This document shows positions 1 through 14,215 of a DNA stretch of 64,000 nt, one piece after another (the first letter of the stretch is position 1; every line of letters begins with the position of its first letter). A program made the translations under genes and the position numbers. The notes under the pieces are model-generated. The model was not told where the DNA came from and did no database searches. It saw only the letters and a program-made list of their open reading frames with translations. The stretch comes from Octopus sinensis (lineage: Eukaryota): the NCBI RefSeq assembly GCF_006345805.1, contig NC_043013.1, forward strand, positions 14,570,001-14,634,000, in the 5' to 3' direction.

Positions 1-449
1 TATATACATATATATATATATATATATAAATTTTCCAAAATTAAAATTTATTAATTTTATAAAAACATCTAAATAAAAAACAGAATGGCACAAATCTTTT
101 AGAATTTCCCAAATTTGCTGTCACTACTTTTTTTTAATATATATATATAGATGCATGCATATATATATTTATTCACACATGTGTGTGTGTGTGAGTGCGC
201 GCGCACGAGCAAGCAAGAACAAAAAACAACCCGGTAGGGTTTATTCATCATGTTGAAGTTGGTGTTCCACTTTTGTGATACTCTGAGTTTCACAACTTTT
301 CATTTTTTTCTTGGCATTTGTCAGTTACAAACAAATGAACAACAAAATCACTACTGCATGTATTACATACTTTCCTCACTTATTTGTATTTTAAAGCACA
401 CATAGTGTGTGTGTGTCTGTGTCTGTGTACACATACACTCACGCACACA

Positions 450-503
<54 letters not shown>

Positions 504-602
504 AGTTTAGCAAGATTTAGATTCAGATGAATATGGTACTTAAGTTAGATGCACCAGAATTTGGTATGGTATTACCCATATAAATCAAATGGGGTGATTA
601 TA

Positions 603-952
603 ATCAAAATAAGTAACAAGGATATCCAGGTAGTGTAGTACAATTGTTTCATGCTACTTCATTTATTAAACAATGTAAGTATTACATCAGTTTTAAAATG
701 TAGAGCAATCTTCAGCCACATATAGAATTTTTTTTAATTAAATGGACAATGTACATTTTTATACTTATACTAATGTTGGCAAATGAAATAAGTATAAAAT
801 GTACATTGTCAATTTAATTTTAAAAATTCTATATGTGGCTGAAGATTGCTCTACATTTTAAAACTGATGTAATACTTACATTGTTTAATAAAATGAAGTA
901 GCATGAAATGATTGTACTACACTACCTTGGATATCCTTTTGCTTATTTTGAT
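603..952. repeat. Long foldback (palindromic MITE-like) element
   Basis: Arms ~603-768 and ~788-952 are near-perfect reverse complements around a 19-nt spacer. Confidence 0.85.
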
Positions 953-1249
953 AATATATATACATATATATATGAATTTAAAGTGTTAAAAGCACAACAG
1001 GTTTCATTTCATGTGGTTAATTAAAGCAAAGAATATTAATTATTGCAAGAATGTTCATAAATGACCAAGAGTGAATGTTAGTAGCAGTAATTCATAGATT
1101 AAGTAATAAACATTTTGGTTCCTTCATGCAAATTAGGTGGTTACTTTGTGGTACGTTGATTAAACAATTAACAGGATCATTAGGAAAATGACTTAAGCAA
1201 GCCCAAAATACATACACACACAACATACATACACACATAAACACATGCA

Positions 1250-1302
<53 letters not shown>

Positions 1303-1363
1303 GAATTAAGGGTCAGACATTGTGATATGAAAGAAGCAGAATTTTTTAAAAATGACACAGAAG

Positions 1364-1416
<53 letters not shown>

Positions 1417-1419
1417 CGA

Positions 1420-1464
<45 letters not shown>

Positions 1465-1467
<3 letters not shown>

Positions 1468-2020
1468 GCCCCGATGCAGTACCAGGCAGTGGCTCTCATG
1501 GCTCCTGATCTTAACTGATTGCAAGTGTTATCATGTACATTGTTTTGTCTTGGTATAAAAGATGGGCTACAGCAAATATTCTGCTCAATACCACAGATTT
1601 GCTTGTCAGTTGTTTGGCCTTAACCAGTTGAGAATGTCCCTTAGTGGCTGACGATATGTGCATCTTTGATCACGAGCAGAAGTAGTGGGGGAGCATCATG
1701 GCCATGTGTGAGGAGGGATTCTTGGGGTTTGAATAATTCACCTCTGGAAACATAGGTGTTTCGTTCAACATCTTAAAGCAACCCTTATTCAGGGACCTTT
1801 TGAGCAGGATGGGCTACTCAACCTGAAGAAAATTCTAACTGGGCCCCACCTGCAAGGTCATGTGCTGTTTATCTTGATATGAGATCACCATGTCGCGCAC
1901 ATATGGTTGTGATGCATGTGCCTGGTGTACCTTTATCAGACGGGTAGTCATGATGGGTATATTGGGCTTCGTATATTTTACCCCAGTGTCACTTTGATGG
2001 CATGAACTGCTCTCTCACTC

Positions 2021-2054
<34 letters not shown>

Positions 2055-2605
2055 GCCCTGATGCAGTACCAGGCAGTGGCTCTCATGGCTCCTGATCTTA
2101 ACTGATTGCAAGTGTTATCATGTACATTGTTTTGTCTTGGTATAAAAGATGGGCTACAGCAAATATTCTGCTCAATACCACAGATTTGCTTGTCAGTTGT
2201 TTGACTTAACCAGTTGAGCATGTACCTTAGTGGCTGACGATATGTGCATCTTTGATCACGAGCAGAAGTAGTGGGGGAGCATCATGGCCATGTGTTGAGA
2301 GGGATTCTTTGGGGTTTGAATAATTCACCTCTGGAAACATAGGTGTTTCGTTCAACATCTTAAACAACCCTTATTCAGGGACCTTTTGAGCAGGATGGGC
2401 TACTCAACCTGAAGAAAATTCTAACTGGGCCCCACCTGCAAGGTCATGTGCTGTTTATCTTGATATGAGATCACCATGTCGCGCACATATGGTTGTGATG
2501 CATGTGCCTGGTGTACCTTTATCAGACGGGTAGTCATGATGGTATATTGGGCTTCGTATATTTTACCCCAGTGTCACTTTGATGGCATGAACTGCTCTCT
2601 CACTC

Positions 2606-2639
<34 letters not shown>

Positions 2640-3193
2640 GCCCTGATGCAGTACCAGGCAGTGGCTCTCATGGCTCCTGATCTTAACTGATTGCAAGTGT
2701 TATCATGTACATTGTTTTGTCTTGGTATAAAAGATGGGCTACAGCAAATATTCTGCTCAATACCACAGATTTGCTTGTCAGTTGTTTGGCCTTAACCAGT
2801 TGAGCATGTACCTTAGTGGCTGACGATATGTGCATCTTTGATCACGAGCAGAAGTAGTGGGGGAGCATCATGGCCATGTGTTGAGAGGGATTCTTTGGGG
2901 TTTGAATAATTCACCTCTGGAAACATAGGTGTTTCGTTCAACATCTTAAAGCAACCCTTATTCAGGGACCTTTTGAGCAGGATGGGCTACTCAACCTGAA
3001 GAAAATTCTAACTGGGCCCCACCTGCAAGGTCATGTGCTGTTTATCTTGATATGAGATCACCATGTCGCGCACATATGGTTGTGATGCATGTGCCTGGTG
3101 TACCTTTATCAGACGGGTAGTCATGATGGGTATATTGGGCTTCGTATATTTTACCCCAGTGTCACTTTGATGGCATGAACTGCTCTCTCACTC

Positions 3194-3224
<31 letters not shown>

Positions 3225-3778
3225 GCCCTGATGCAGTACCAGGCAGTGGCTCTCGTGGCTTCTGATCTTAACTGATTGCAAGTGTTATCATGTACATTGT
3301 TTTGTCTTGGTATAAAAGATGGGCTACAGCAAATATTCTGCTCAATACCACAGATTTGCTTGTCAGTTGTTTGACTTTAACCAGTTGAGCATGTCCCTTA
3401 GTGGCTGACGATATGTGCATCTCTGATCATGAGCAGAAGTAGTGGGGGAGCATCATAGCCATGTGTTGAGAGGGATTCTTTGGGGTTTGAATAATTCACC
3501 TCTGGAAACATGGGTGGTTCTTTCAACATCCTTAAACAACCCTTATTCAGGGACCGTTTGAGCGGGATGGGCTACTCAACCAGAAGAAAATTCTAACTGG
3601 GCCCCACCTGCAAGGTCATGTGCTGTTTATCTTGATATGAGATCACCATGTCGCGCACATATGGTTGTGATGCATGTGCCTGGTGTACCCTTATCAGATG
3701 GGTAGTCATGATGGATATATTGGGCTTCGTATATTTTATCCCAGTGTCACTTTGATGGCATGAACTGCTCTCTCACTC
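1465..3778. repeat. Tandem array of 4 x ~555-bp element separated by (AAT)n
   Basis: Units 1465-2020, 2052-2605, 2637-3193 and 3222-3778 each begin aatgccc(c/t)gatgcagtacc and end ctctctcactc(aat)n. Confidence 0.95.
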
Positions 3779-3834
<56 letters not shown>

Positions 3835-4132
3835 TGTGACTCGTTGTAGCCGGATGTTAGAAACTTTTGTAATCACCTCTAGTCCTATGTCTGTCCAGAC
3901 TTTGATGAGGATGATAAGAATATTTCTAATAAAGGCGCAAGGCCTGAAATTTAGGGGTGGGGGCTAGTCAATTATATCGAGCCTCAGTACATAACTGGTA
4001 CTTATTTCATCAATATCAAGAGAATGAAAGACAAAGTCGACCTTGGCAGAATTTAAACTCAGAACATAAAGATGGCCTAAATGCCACAAAGCATTTTGCC
4101 TGGCATGCTAACAATTCTGCCAGTTCACTACC

Positions 4133-4188
<56 letters not shown>

Positions 4189-4200
4189 AATAATAATGAT

Positions 4201-4233
<33 letters not shown>

Positions 4234-4447
4234 CCTTTCTACTAAAGGCACAAGATTTGAAATTTTGGGGGAGGGGGTTAGTTGACCACATCGACCCGGG
4301 TACTCAACTGGTACTTACTTTATCGATCCCAAAAGGATGAAAGGCAAAGATGACCTTGGCAGAATTTGAACTCAGAATGTAAAGATGGACTAAATGCTGC
4401 TAAGCATTTTGCCTGGTGTGCTAACATTTCTGCCAGCTTACCACCTT

Positions 4448-4484
<37 letters not shown>

Positions 4485-4632
4485 TCCAGGCATTATTATT
4501 GTTTATCTTCTGTCAGTTTCATGCAAACAAAGGGTTGAAAAATAAGCTTCAAAAAAATTTTATAATTAAAAAAAAAAATTAAAATATAAAAAAAAACACA
4601 GCAGGAAAGGGGGGCCAGTATTTATTTCCTAC

Positions 4633-4824
4633 CACGGAATCAGAATCACCGAGATGCAAGAATGAACCATTAGAAGTGGCAAATAAGGCGTCGTTATTCT
4701 CTGCAGAAGTAGTGGTAAGGTCAGAAGTAGAGGCAGTAGCAGTGATTGAGGTGCTGCGCGGACGCACCACCGTCGGCATGAGACTATCAAAGCGTGTTGT
4801 GTCTTTACCAGGTTCGTCCAGTAC
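4633..4824 (-). CDS. ATP13A3: P5B ATPase exon o ([22 protein letters not shown]...DSDSV)
   Basis: gagcag|GTA; MPTVVRP is also present in ATP13A3. The donor GTG|gtagga at 4633 is the most plausible one but is not certain. Confidence 0.85.
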
Positions 4825-5138
4825 CTGCTCAACGGAGAAGAGAAAAGAGGAGAAGAGAAGAAGAGAGAAATGTATACACATTTATTCACAGAGAGGAAAC
4901 GGTCACTGTATGATGGTGGAATATGGTGTCAGTAGACACTAACGTCTGGTAATAACAATAACTACAACAGTAACAATAACAACGGTAGTGGCAGTAGTAG
5001 AAATAAAAATTATAAAAATTGAAGACAGACACAAGAATTGAAAGGAGATGAAAGAAGAGAAGAACCAGGAAATGGGAATGAGAATAAGAAAATAAAGATG
5101 AGAGAAAACAATGAGAGATGAAAACAAAAAGAGAGACA

Positions 5139-5174
<36 letters not shown>

Positions 5175-7227
5175 CAGAAAAGAATGAAAAGGGAAGAAAA
5201 GCAAAAAGGAAAAAGTGAGAGAAAGAAAAGAAACAGAAAGGGAGAGAAGAAAAACAAGATGATGACAACAAAAAAAGGCAGAGGGAGAAAGCAACCAAAG
5301 ACCAAAAGAAAGAAATAAAACAAAAGAAGAGGAAGAGGATACAGATGAGGATGAAAAATAAAATGACAGAAGATAGCAGGAAAATCCCAATAAAACTAAA
5401 ACAAAAAATGAAAAATAGGCAAAAATGAAAAAAAAAAAATATACAAATGAAACATCAGTACCATCATCATCACCATCACAAGACTTGCCTGACTCAAATA
5501 AATGTAAACCTAACACCAAAAGCTGTAAATACAATGGAGCTATACACACAGTGTAATGTGTGTGTTTGCACCATATGTACACTTGCGTCAGAAATTAATT
5601 AGCACTTCTCAAATTTCTACATTAAATAGGTTAAATCAATTAACCTATGAGCTGTTCAAAACGTCTTACGCGATGAGAAAACTTAGTATGGTGTGATTTC
5701 GGTCCTTGCGAGGCGCTACCTATATCTATTAAACAAAGGAAGATTTGTCTGCATCCGCACTCCAATTTGTTGCACTGCTATGTCAACATCATAAGGCTGT
5801 AGACTCTCAAACTGCTCTGCAAACAAAGTTACGTCATCGTTCTGCGCAACAGTGAACTCGCAACAAAGCAATAGCTCGAGATATGGCCACTAGGTGACAG
5901 CACATACCTTGAGTGAAGAGCAAATCAAGGGTGCTAATTGATTTCTGACGGTAGTGTACATGCATACTTACATACGTATGTACATACATACATGATGGCT
6001 GCCCCCTCGTTATCGAGTATGGCCGTTGCACAAAGCTTAACTGTTATTGGTGCTCTGATCGAATGTGACTTTTATTTGCTTTTCAAGGCTACAGCCAGCC
6101 ATTCAGTTGAGACTCACAGCACTATCAACAATCATGAATAATGTTATCGTGCAATGCCTGTGCAAGAAGATTTTTGTTTTTAAAGTGAGGAAAGGCTGTG
6201 CACTGAGTTAATCCCACTCACTAAGCAACAGCAGCCATAATCCGAAAAGAGGAACAAGTCAACATCATTGGTAACCACTGAGCCGCAGGTTTTATGTCAG
6301 AGTTATCCCAGTTACCTGAGTTACCTTCTCCTAGAAGGATGCCCTAACAAAGGCTAGGAGCCCTTCACATATACACATACATACATACATACATACATAC
6401 ATACATACATACATACATACATACATACATAATGCATACATACATGCATGCATGCACACATGTATGTAGAAGGTATAAGGATTGAAGAATTGTATCAAGA
6501 ACACAATGAAGGCAGCCAAAACCATGGAAAATGGATAGGAAACCATTATTCCAGATGGTTCATCACTGAGGGAAGCAGTGCTTGGTGTGAAGGAGAACCC
6601 TAACAAAACTGCATGAAGCATGAACAGTTGAAGAAAGACCTTGGTAAGAGTCTTGGTGTACATTTTTCTGAGTATTTTGGAGCACAACCTGAATAAGTGT
6701 GGGCATGTCTGTCTAAGTGAGGCAGGCCTTAGAAGTATGAAAGAAACCACACATCCCCACACACATACACAGGGCATCTTTATTTACAAGGACTATGGAA
6801 AAGAATGCACCAAGAGGCAGAGTGAAATGTCATATGAAGGTTCACAAAAGCAATATTGTAACACCTACTACAAGAGGCGCCCATCAATGGCACATCTGTG
6901 CAAAAGAACGTAGGTCACTAGCAGGGCTGAAAAACCACATCTGTGTTGTTCATATTCAAGAGAAAAATCCACCAATGGCATTTTTCAAAACATGAGTTGC
7001 AACCATCATATATATAAAAATCTGTGCGCATCCCAGTTTTTTGAAAAGTACACTATATTTCTGCATGTTATAGGAGACAACCACAAGGGTTAGCATTAGG
7101 AAAGGCATCTAGCCATGAACTCTGTCTTTGGAAGAACTGTCCAACCCATACCAGCACGGAAAAGCAAACATAAAACCAACAAAACTCAATGGTGTGCACA
7201 TATGTATATTTGTGTGTGTTGTGTATG

Positions 7228-7284
<57 letters not shown>

Positions 7285-9467
7285 CCGGTGGTTCTCTTAT
7301 GTGCCACCGGCACTGGTATTACGGAAATTGTAGCTGTGATACCAGTGTCAGTGGCACATAAGAGAACCATCCGAACGTGGCCGTTGCCAGCACCGCCCCA
7401 CCTGGCTTCCGTGCCAGTGGCACGTAAAAAGCACCATCCGATCGTGGCCGTTTGCCAGAGTCGTCTGGCACCTGTGCAGGTGGCACGTAAAAAGCACCCA
7501 CTACACTCACGGAGTGGTTGGCGTTAGGAAGGACATCCAGCTGTAGAAACACTGCCAGATCAGACTGGGCCTGGCGCAGCCTACTGGCTTCCCAGACCCC
7601 AGTTGAACCGTCCAACCCATGCTAGCATGGAAAATGGACGTTAAACGATGATGATGATGATGATCTGACAGGGCGGTGCCTAGTAGCCAGAGTATTAAGG
7701 TGTTGCACTCATAATCACTAGACTGTGGTTTCGATTCCTGTTCTGAGCAAAACACTTCATATCATGGTGCTCTGCAATCACTTCAGAACCTGATGTGTGG
7801 AACACCATGTACCTATACAAGCAATGACAATCTGATGGCGGGAGTAAGCTTATATACAACACAAATATTTGATCACTAAAAACAAATCATCTGAGCAAGA
7901 TGTTTAGTAAGAAATTGCAGAACAGTCTTCATCAGATTGAGAGACTACCATTAAATATATACATATATATATACATATACATATACATATATATATATAT
8001 ATATATATGTGATATATATATCATGTGATATATATATATATATATCACATGATCACGTGACCGACCAGGCTACCAGATGTTATTACACATCGCTGGTCAC
8101 AATGCCCTTCGCATTGTTTTTAGCCTTCAAATGACGCCACCCCGCTGGCTAAGCAAGCAGGATAACAGAAGAAAGAGTGAGAGAATATAGTGGTGAAAGA
8201 GTACAGCAGGGATCGCCACCACCCCCTGCCGAAGCTTCGTGGAGCTTTAGGTGTTTTCACACAATAAACACTCACAACGCCTGATCAGGGAATCGAAACC
8301 GCAATCCTACGACCATGAGTCTACTGCCATAACCACTGGGCCATTGCGCCTCCACACATATATATATATATATTAGTTTGTTTCCAAATACCATCACATC
8401 TACAGTGAGAGAGCACACATGCTATTACTACTGACTAAGGAGTGGTAAAACAGAAGGAAATATTTAAAAAAGAAAAAAGCTTTGAATAAAAAAACAGAAA
8501 ACAACTACAACATCAAGGAAGGATATATTTCAAAACATGTTTGATTTCTTAATCCAAAACAAACAAAAACTAAAACATCTAATATTTCTTTAATTTATTT
8601 CATAACGTAACATTTTGATTTTCATTTGCAAGATTCTTCATGTAAACTCGTGTATCAAAACAGATTTTGTCCTGTCTTGGGAAGGTTATTATGCCAATAA
8701 TAAACACACACACTGGTTCTATTTCACTTCTTTTTATTATTATTAGTCAACTAGTCAACCAATTAACTAATTGATTATTTGAGTAATTGTTCAGTCAATC
8801 AATCAATCAGCCGGGTTTGTCAAAGTCTTTTTGTAGCGATTCACAACTTCATCAACAACATGCTCTCTCTACTCCAGATCTGTTCCAGATCTGTTCCAGG
8901 TCTGCATACCTGTCTTCTCACTGTAACATAATGATTAAATTTAATTTTATATTTCCTCATGAAGTTTCATGGAGCTGTAAAGATATGTGGCTTCACAATT
9001 ATGTGTCAGACGCACAATTAGAAGGTTTGTGAGTTCAATTCTTGGACTGGGCAGCACACTGTGCCCTTGAGCAAGGACCTTAATTTCATGTAGCTCTAGC
9101 TTACTCAGATGTAAATGAACACCAATCTGGTGCCTGCCTTCTCTCCCTCCATGAACTGGCGCTGCCCTCTTTCCCTCCATATACTGGTGCTGCCCTCGCT
9201 CCTTCTATGTACAGTAGTGCAACTAATATCACAAAACATTTTTGTCTGAGATGCTACAACAATAACTACAACAAAGATTTTCAACTCAAGATGCATCATT
9301 TGGAGTGACAACACAATGCAAGAGCAAGCAGGCATGCAAAACCTTGTCACTCTTAGAGTCTTAAACAAGACTCTAAGACTCAAGTCATTACGATAAAAAT
9401 CAAGATGCAACAAAATTCCAGGGCTGTAATACAGGAACTCCTGTCATTGACTGACAAACAATAGGTG

Positions 9468-9519
<52 letters not shown>

Positions 9520-12279
9520 TAATCCTTTCTACTATAGGCACAAGGCCTGAAATTTGGGGGTAGGGGACTAGTGATTACATCAATCCTAGTGTTTCACTGG
9601 TACTTAATTTATTGACCCCGAAAGGATGAAAGGCAAAGTCAACCTTGGCAAAATTTAAACTAATAATAATAATAATCCTTTCTACTATAGGCACAAGGCC
9701 TGAAATTTGAGGGAAGGGGATAGTCGATTACATCGAGCCCAGTACGCAACTAGTACTTATTTTACTGAGCCCAAAAAGATGAAAGGTAAAGTCAACCTTG
9801 GTGGAATTTGAACTCAGAATGTGAAGGCAGGTGAAATACCGCTAAACATTTTGCCCAGTGTGCTAACACTTCTGCCAGCTTGCCACCATAATAATGATAA
9901 TAATAATAATCCTTTCTACTAAAGGCACAAGTCCTGAAATTATGGGGTAGGGGTCTAGTCGATTACATCGACACCAGTGTTTCACTATTTATCAACCCTG
10001 AAAGGATGAAAGGCAAATTCGACCTCAGTGGAATTTGAACTCAGAACATAGCGACGGGCAAAATAACAACAACAATAATTATAATAATCCTTTATACTCT
10101 GGGCAAAAGGCCTGAAATTTAGGGTAGCTGATTAGTCAATTACATTTGCCTAGTAATTGACTGGTATTTATTGTATTAACCCTGACAGGATGAAAGGTAA
10201 AATCAGCCTCAGTGGAATTTGAGCTTGGAACATAAAGACCCAGAAGAAATTAATAATAATAATAGTGGCTTCAAATTTTGGCACAAGGCCAGCAATTCCA
10301 GGGGAGGGGATATGTCGATTACATTGAAGCCAGAGCTCAACTGGTACTTATTTTACCAACCCCAAAAGGATGAAATGCAAAGTTGATCTTGGCGGCATTT
10401 GAACTCAGAATATTAAGTCAGTAGAAAAGCGACTAAGCATTTAGTCTGGTATGGTAACAATTTAGCCAGCTCACCACTTTCAACAATAATAATAATAATC
10501 CTTTCTACTATAGGTACAAGACCTGAAATTTTGGGGGAGGAGATTAGTCAATTACATCAACCCCTGTGTTTCACTGGCGCTTAATTTGTCAACCCTGAAA
10601 GGATGAGAAGCAAAATTGACCTCAGCAGAATTTGAACTCAGAACGTAATGATGGGAAAAATACTGCTAAGCATTTCATCCCCAAAGCTAAAGATTCTGCC
10701 AGCACGCCATAAGAATTGTTTCTAGTATAGGCCTGGGACCAGAAATTTGGGAGGGTAGGGTTAGTAAATTGAATCAAATTGTTACTTGGCTGGAACTTTG
10801 CTTTATAAACCTTGGAGAGATAAAAAGGCAAGAGTTGGCCTCAGCAGAATTTGAACTCAAAATGCAAAGAACTAGAAAAAAATCCTACAAGGCTCTAAGA
10901 TTTTAGCCAATTCAACACCTTGATCCTGATGGTTGAGAAGGTGGTGGTGATGCTGATGATGGTTGTGGTGATGATGACAATGGTAGTGATTTTGATGATG
11001 ATGACATCTAAATTACCAAAGCCCACAAAATTAGGAGCATGTCTGTAGTAGTGTGAAATTTGAACTGACCTCAGTATATCACTGGGATATGGTTTATTGA
11101 CAAAAGACAAATTTGACATCAGCAAGAATTGCTCTCAAAATGTAGAAACATCAACCACAAAACATATTTAGACCATCTCCATCGTCTTAGAACAACTATT
11201 AATGATAATAACTGTGTTATAGGCACAGGGCCTGAAATTTTGGGGCAGGGGTCTAGTTGATTACAATGACCCCAATGTTCAACTGGTACTCATATTGTCA
11301 ACCTTGAAAAGATGAAAGGAAAATAAGAATGGTTTTGAGTATAGTTAAGAGACTTATAAGTAAGGAGAGAGAAAGCCATAGGTGAGTTTATCGATCTCAA
11401 ACTATTGACAGGTACATTGGTTTATCGATCCTAGAAAGATGAAGGGCAAAGTTGAGGACCTGAGTAGAGTATAGAGGGACATCACAACCTATTTCTTTAC
11501 TACTCACAAGGGGCTAAACACAGAGGGGACAAACAAGGACAGACAAACGGATTAAGTCAATTATATCGACCCCGGTGCGTAACTGGTACTTATTTAATCG
11601 ACCCCGAAAGGATGAAAAGCAAAGTCGACCTCGGCGGAATTTGAACTCAGAACATAACAGCAGATGAAATACCTATTTCTTTACTACCCACAAGGGGCTA
11701 AACACAGAGAGGACAAACAAGGAAAGACAAACAGATTAAGTCGATAATATCGATCCCAGTGCGTAACTGGTACTTAATTTATCAACTCCGAAAGGATGAA
11801 AGGCAAAGTCGACCTCGGCGGAATTTGAACTCAGAACGTAACGGCAGACGAAATATGACTACACATTTTGCCCGGCGTGCTAACGTTTCTGCCAGCTCAC
11901 CGCCTTTCACAACCGTCCAACTCATGCCAGCATGGAAAGCAGACATTAAACGACGATGATGATGATGATGATGATCACTAAATAATACAAATTTATGTTT
12001 GGCCAATACAAAGCACATGTGCACACATACACACACACACAAAACTATATATAGAGGCATAGCTGTGTGGTTATGAAGTCAGCTTCTAAACCAAGTGGCT
12101 TCTGTTTCAGACCCACTGGGTGTGACACCATGAGCCAGTGTCTTCTACTATAAACCAAGGCTGACCAAAGCATCATGAGTGGATTTCATACATGCCAACT
12201 GAAAGAAGCTCACTACATACATACGTACATACATACAAACACATACATGCATACATACATACATACATACGTACATACA

Positions 12280-12311
<32 letters not shown>

Positions 12312-14107
12312 CATATCTATATACATACATACATACATACACACACATACACACACACACATATGTGTATCTCCTTATTCAAGCATTGTACAGGAGTTGT
12401 GCAATGATTGTCCTCATCATACAAGCAGAATTCTTCATCTCTAATCTTCAGTGTAAATGTTTATGGGGAAATATGAATTCTCTTGGAAACAGATGGGAGT
12501 TGTTTGCATTCAAATGTAGAAAATATGCCACAAGGAATTACACCAAACCTGTGCAAGCATGAAAAGCAGGTATCAAAACACTGATAATGAGGACACATAT
12601 ATGGATATATACATATGCATAAACACGTGTGCACACACACACACACACACACACCCACAATGCCGCCACCACCATCATCATCATCATTTAACGTCCATGT
12701 CCCATACTGGTATGATAGGATCCAACAAGTCTGCCAACTGCTTTGTATTCCAATGTCTGCTTTGGTATTGTTTCTATGGCTGGATGGCATTCCTAATGCC
12801 AACCACTATAGAGTGTGTACTGAATGCTTTTTTTTTTTTTTTCGTGACACCAGCACTAATAAGGTCATCATGCAGCTTGCAACGCTAATATCCCTTTAGC
12901 TGAACGGGGGTGCTACAAATAGCAGGAGACGGTAAGCGGGAAACTGAAACATCTGTGCTTTCGCCAAGTTCGTTAACAGTGTACAAGAAAAAAATGTAAC
13001 TTAGTGAGCCTCTACCAAGAGCTAAAACTTGTGTCTCACACCCACAGTTTGCATATATATACAGAATCATGTCTTGTGCTCTACAAACTACAATGCTTGC
13101 CACAACGCAGGTTTTACTCTGAACAGATTGTCTTGTGTTATAGATTCTTATATTGAAAGTAAATTTAAGACAAAACAAAAAAAAAAAAAAAGAAAAAGAC
13201 CAAGAGAAAATACCATAGCATTAAAGTGTTACTAAGCATAAAAGCCACTGAATGTAATTTTGATTTTGCTAAAGCATAGTAATACTAATAACTACCAGTT
13301 AGAACTGAAAATATTTATGCTTCAGGATAAAGCGTTAGGTGAGTAATATTAATTAAAAAATGACAAGAGAACAGGAGTCAAATAAGCTAACAAAGGTATT
13401 CACAACACCTGTTCACTTGTCATATATGTTTTGGGTAATGTGCAGAATAGTATATTGGTAATAATAATTAGGTTAGTCAAAAGGAACGGAGAAATTGTTC
13501 CTTAGTTTATTTATGTACAGGTACAAAATGTTTTCAAGTTTTACAAAGAAATTAAATGAAATGGAATAAAATTAAAGAAGATAAAAATGAAATAAAGTAG
13601 ACAATTTACGTTATTACATTTAAGAATTTTTCTTCTAGTGATTGCAAATGCACTAAGAAAGAGAGCAAAGAAAAAGACAAACAAGATTAAATAAATAACC
13701 CTTTTGTGATTGTATTTCTCATGAAACAAGTCTTCAGTCTGTTTCAATTAATTTTAAAAATAAAAAATAATGGAGTCTGGAAGACTATAGAAAACATTAA
13801 AGTAAAAACACAGAATCCAAAGAGACTGGTAGTGGTCTGTATTGGAAACAAATTGAATTGATTAATTTTGATAGTGAAATTATTTAAATTGGTATGTCCT
13901 CTCAGAGAGGAAGTTTTTTTTTATATTTTGGACAAGTTCTTCTTTCAGAAACAGAAAACTTTATCAGAAATGGCAAACGCTTCCATTCCATACCACCTTA
14001 AATAATTTTATTTTTTTATGCCCTGAAGTAAAATATCTATTTTCAGTTGTAGAAATGGTATTGGCAACATGTCTTACAAAAAACAAAAGAGGTTCTTGTA
14101 TGGAATA

Positions 14108-14180
<73 letters not shown>

Positions 14181-14184
14181 TAAC

Positions 14185-14215
<31 letters not shown>

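Noticed and set aside
1092-1524. Poly-Ile/Leu/Tyr ORFs here and many similar ORFs across the track
   Set aside because: They are translations of (AAT)n, (TA)n, (CA)n and (GA)n microsatellites with no coding signal
1465-2020. Ribozyme or CRISPR-like interpretation of the 555-bp array
   Set aside because: No complete hammerhead core on either strand; the units are long and identical with microsatellite spacers, not repeat-spacer architecture
4886-5582. Long Phe/Leu/Ser or Lys/Arg/Glu ORFs
   Set aside because: Low-complexity purine/pyrimidine-skewed intron sequence
6430-6780. Possible decayed transposase or LINE coding fragment
   Set aside because: No frame gave a recognisable motif
12945-12965. 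gaaactgaaacatct resembling a large-subunit rRNA motif
   Set aside because: The match is too short and the flanks do not continue rRNA homology
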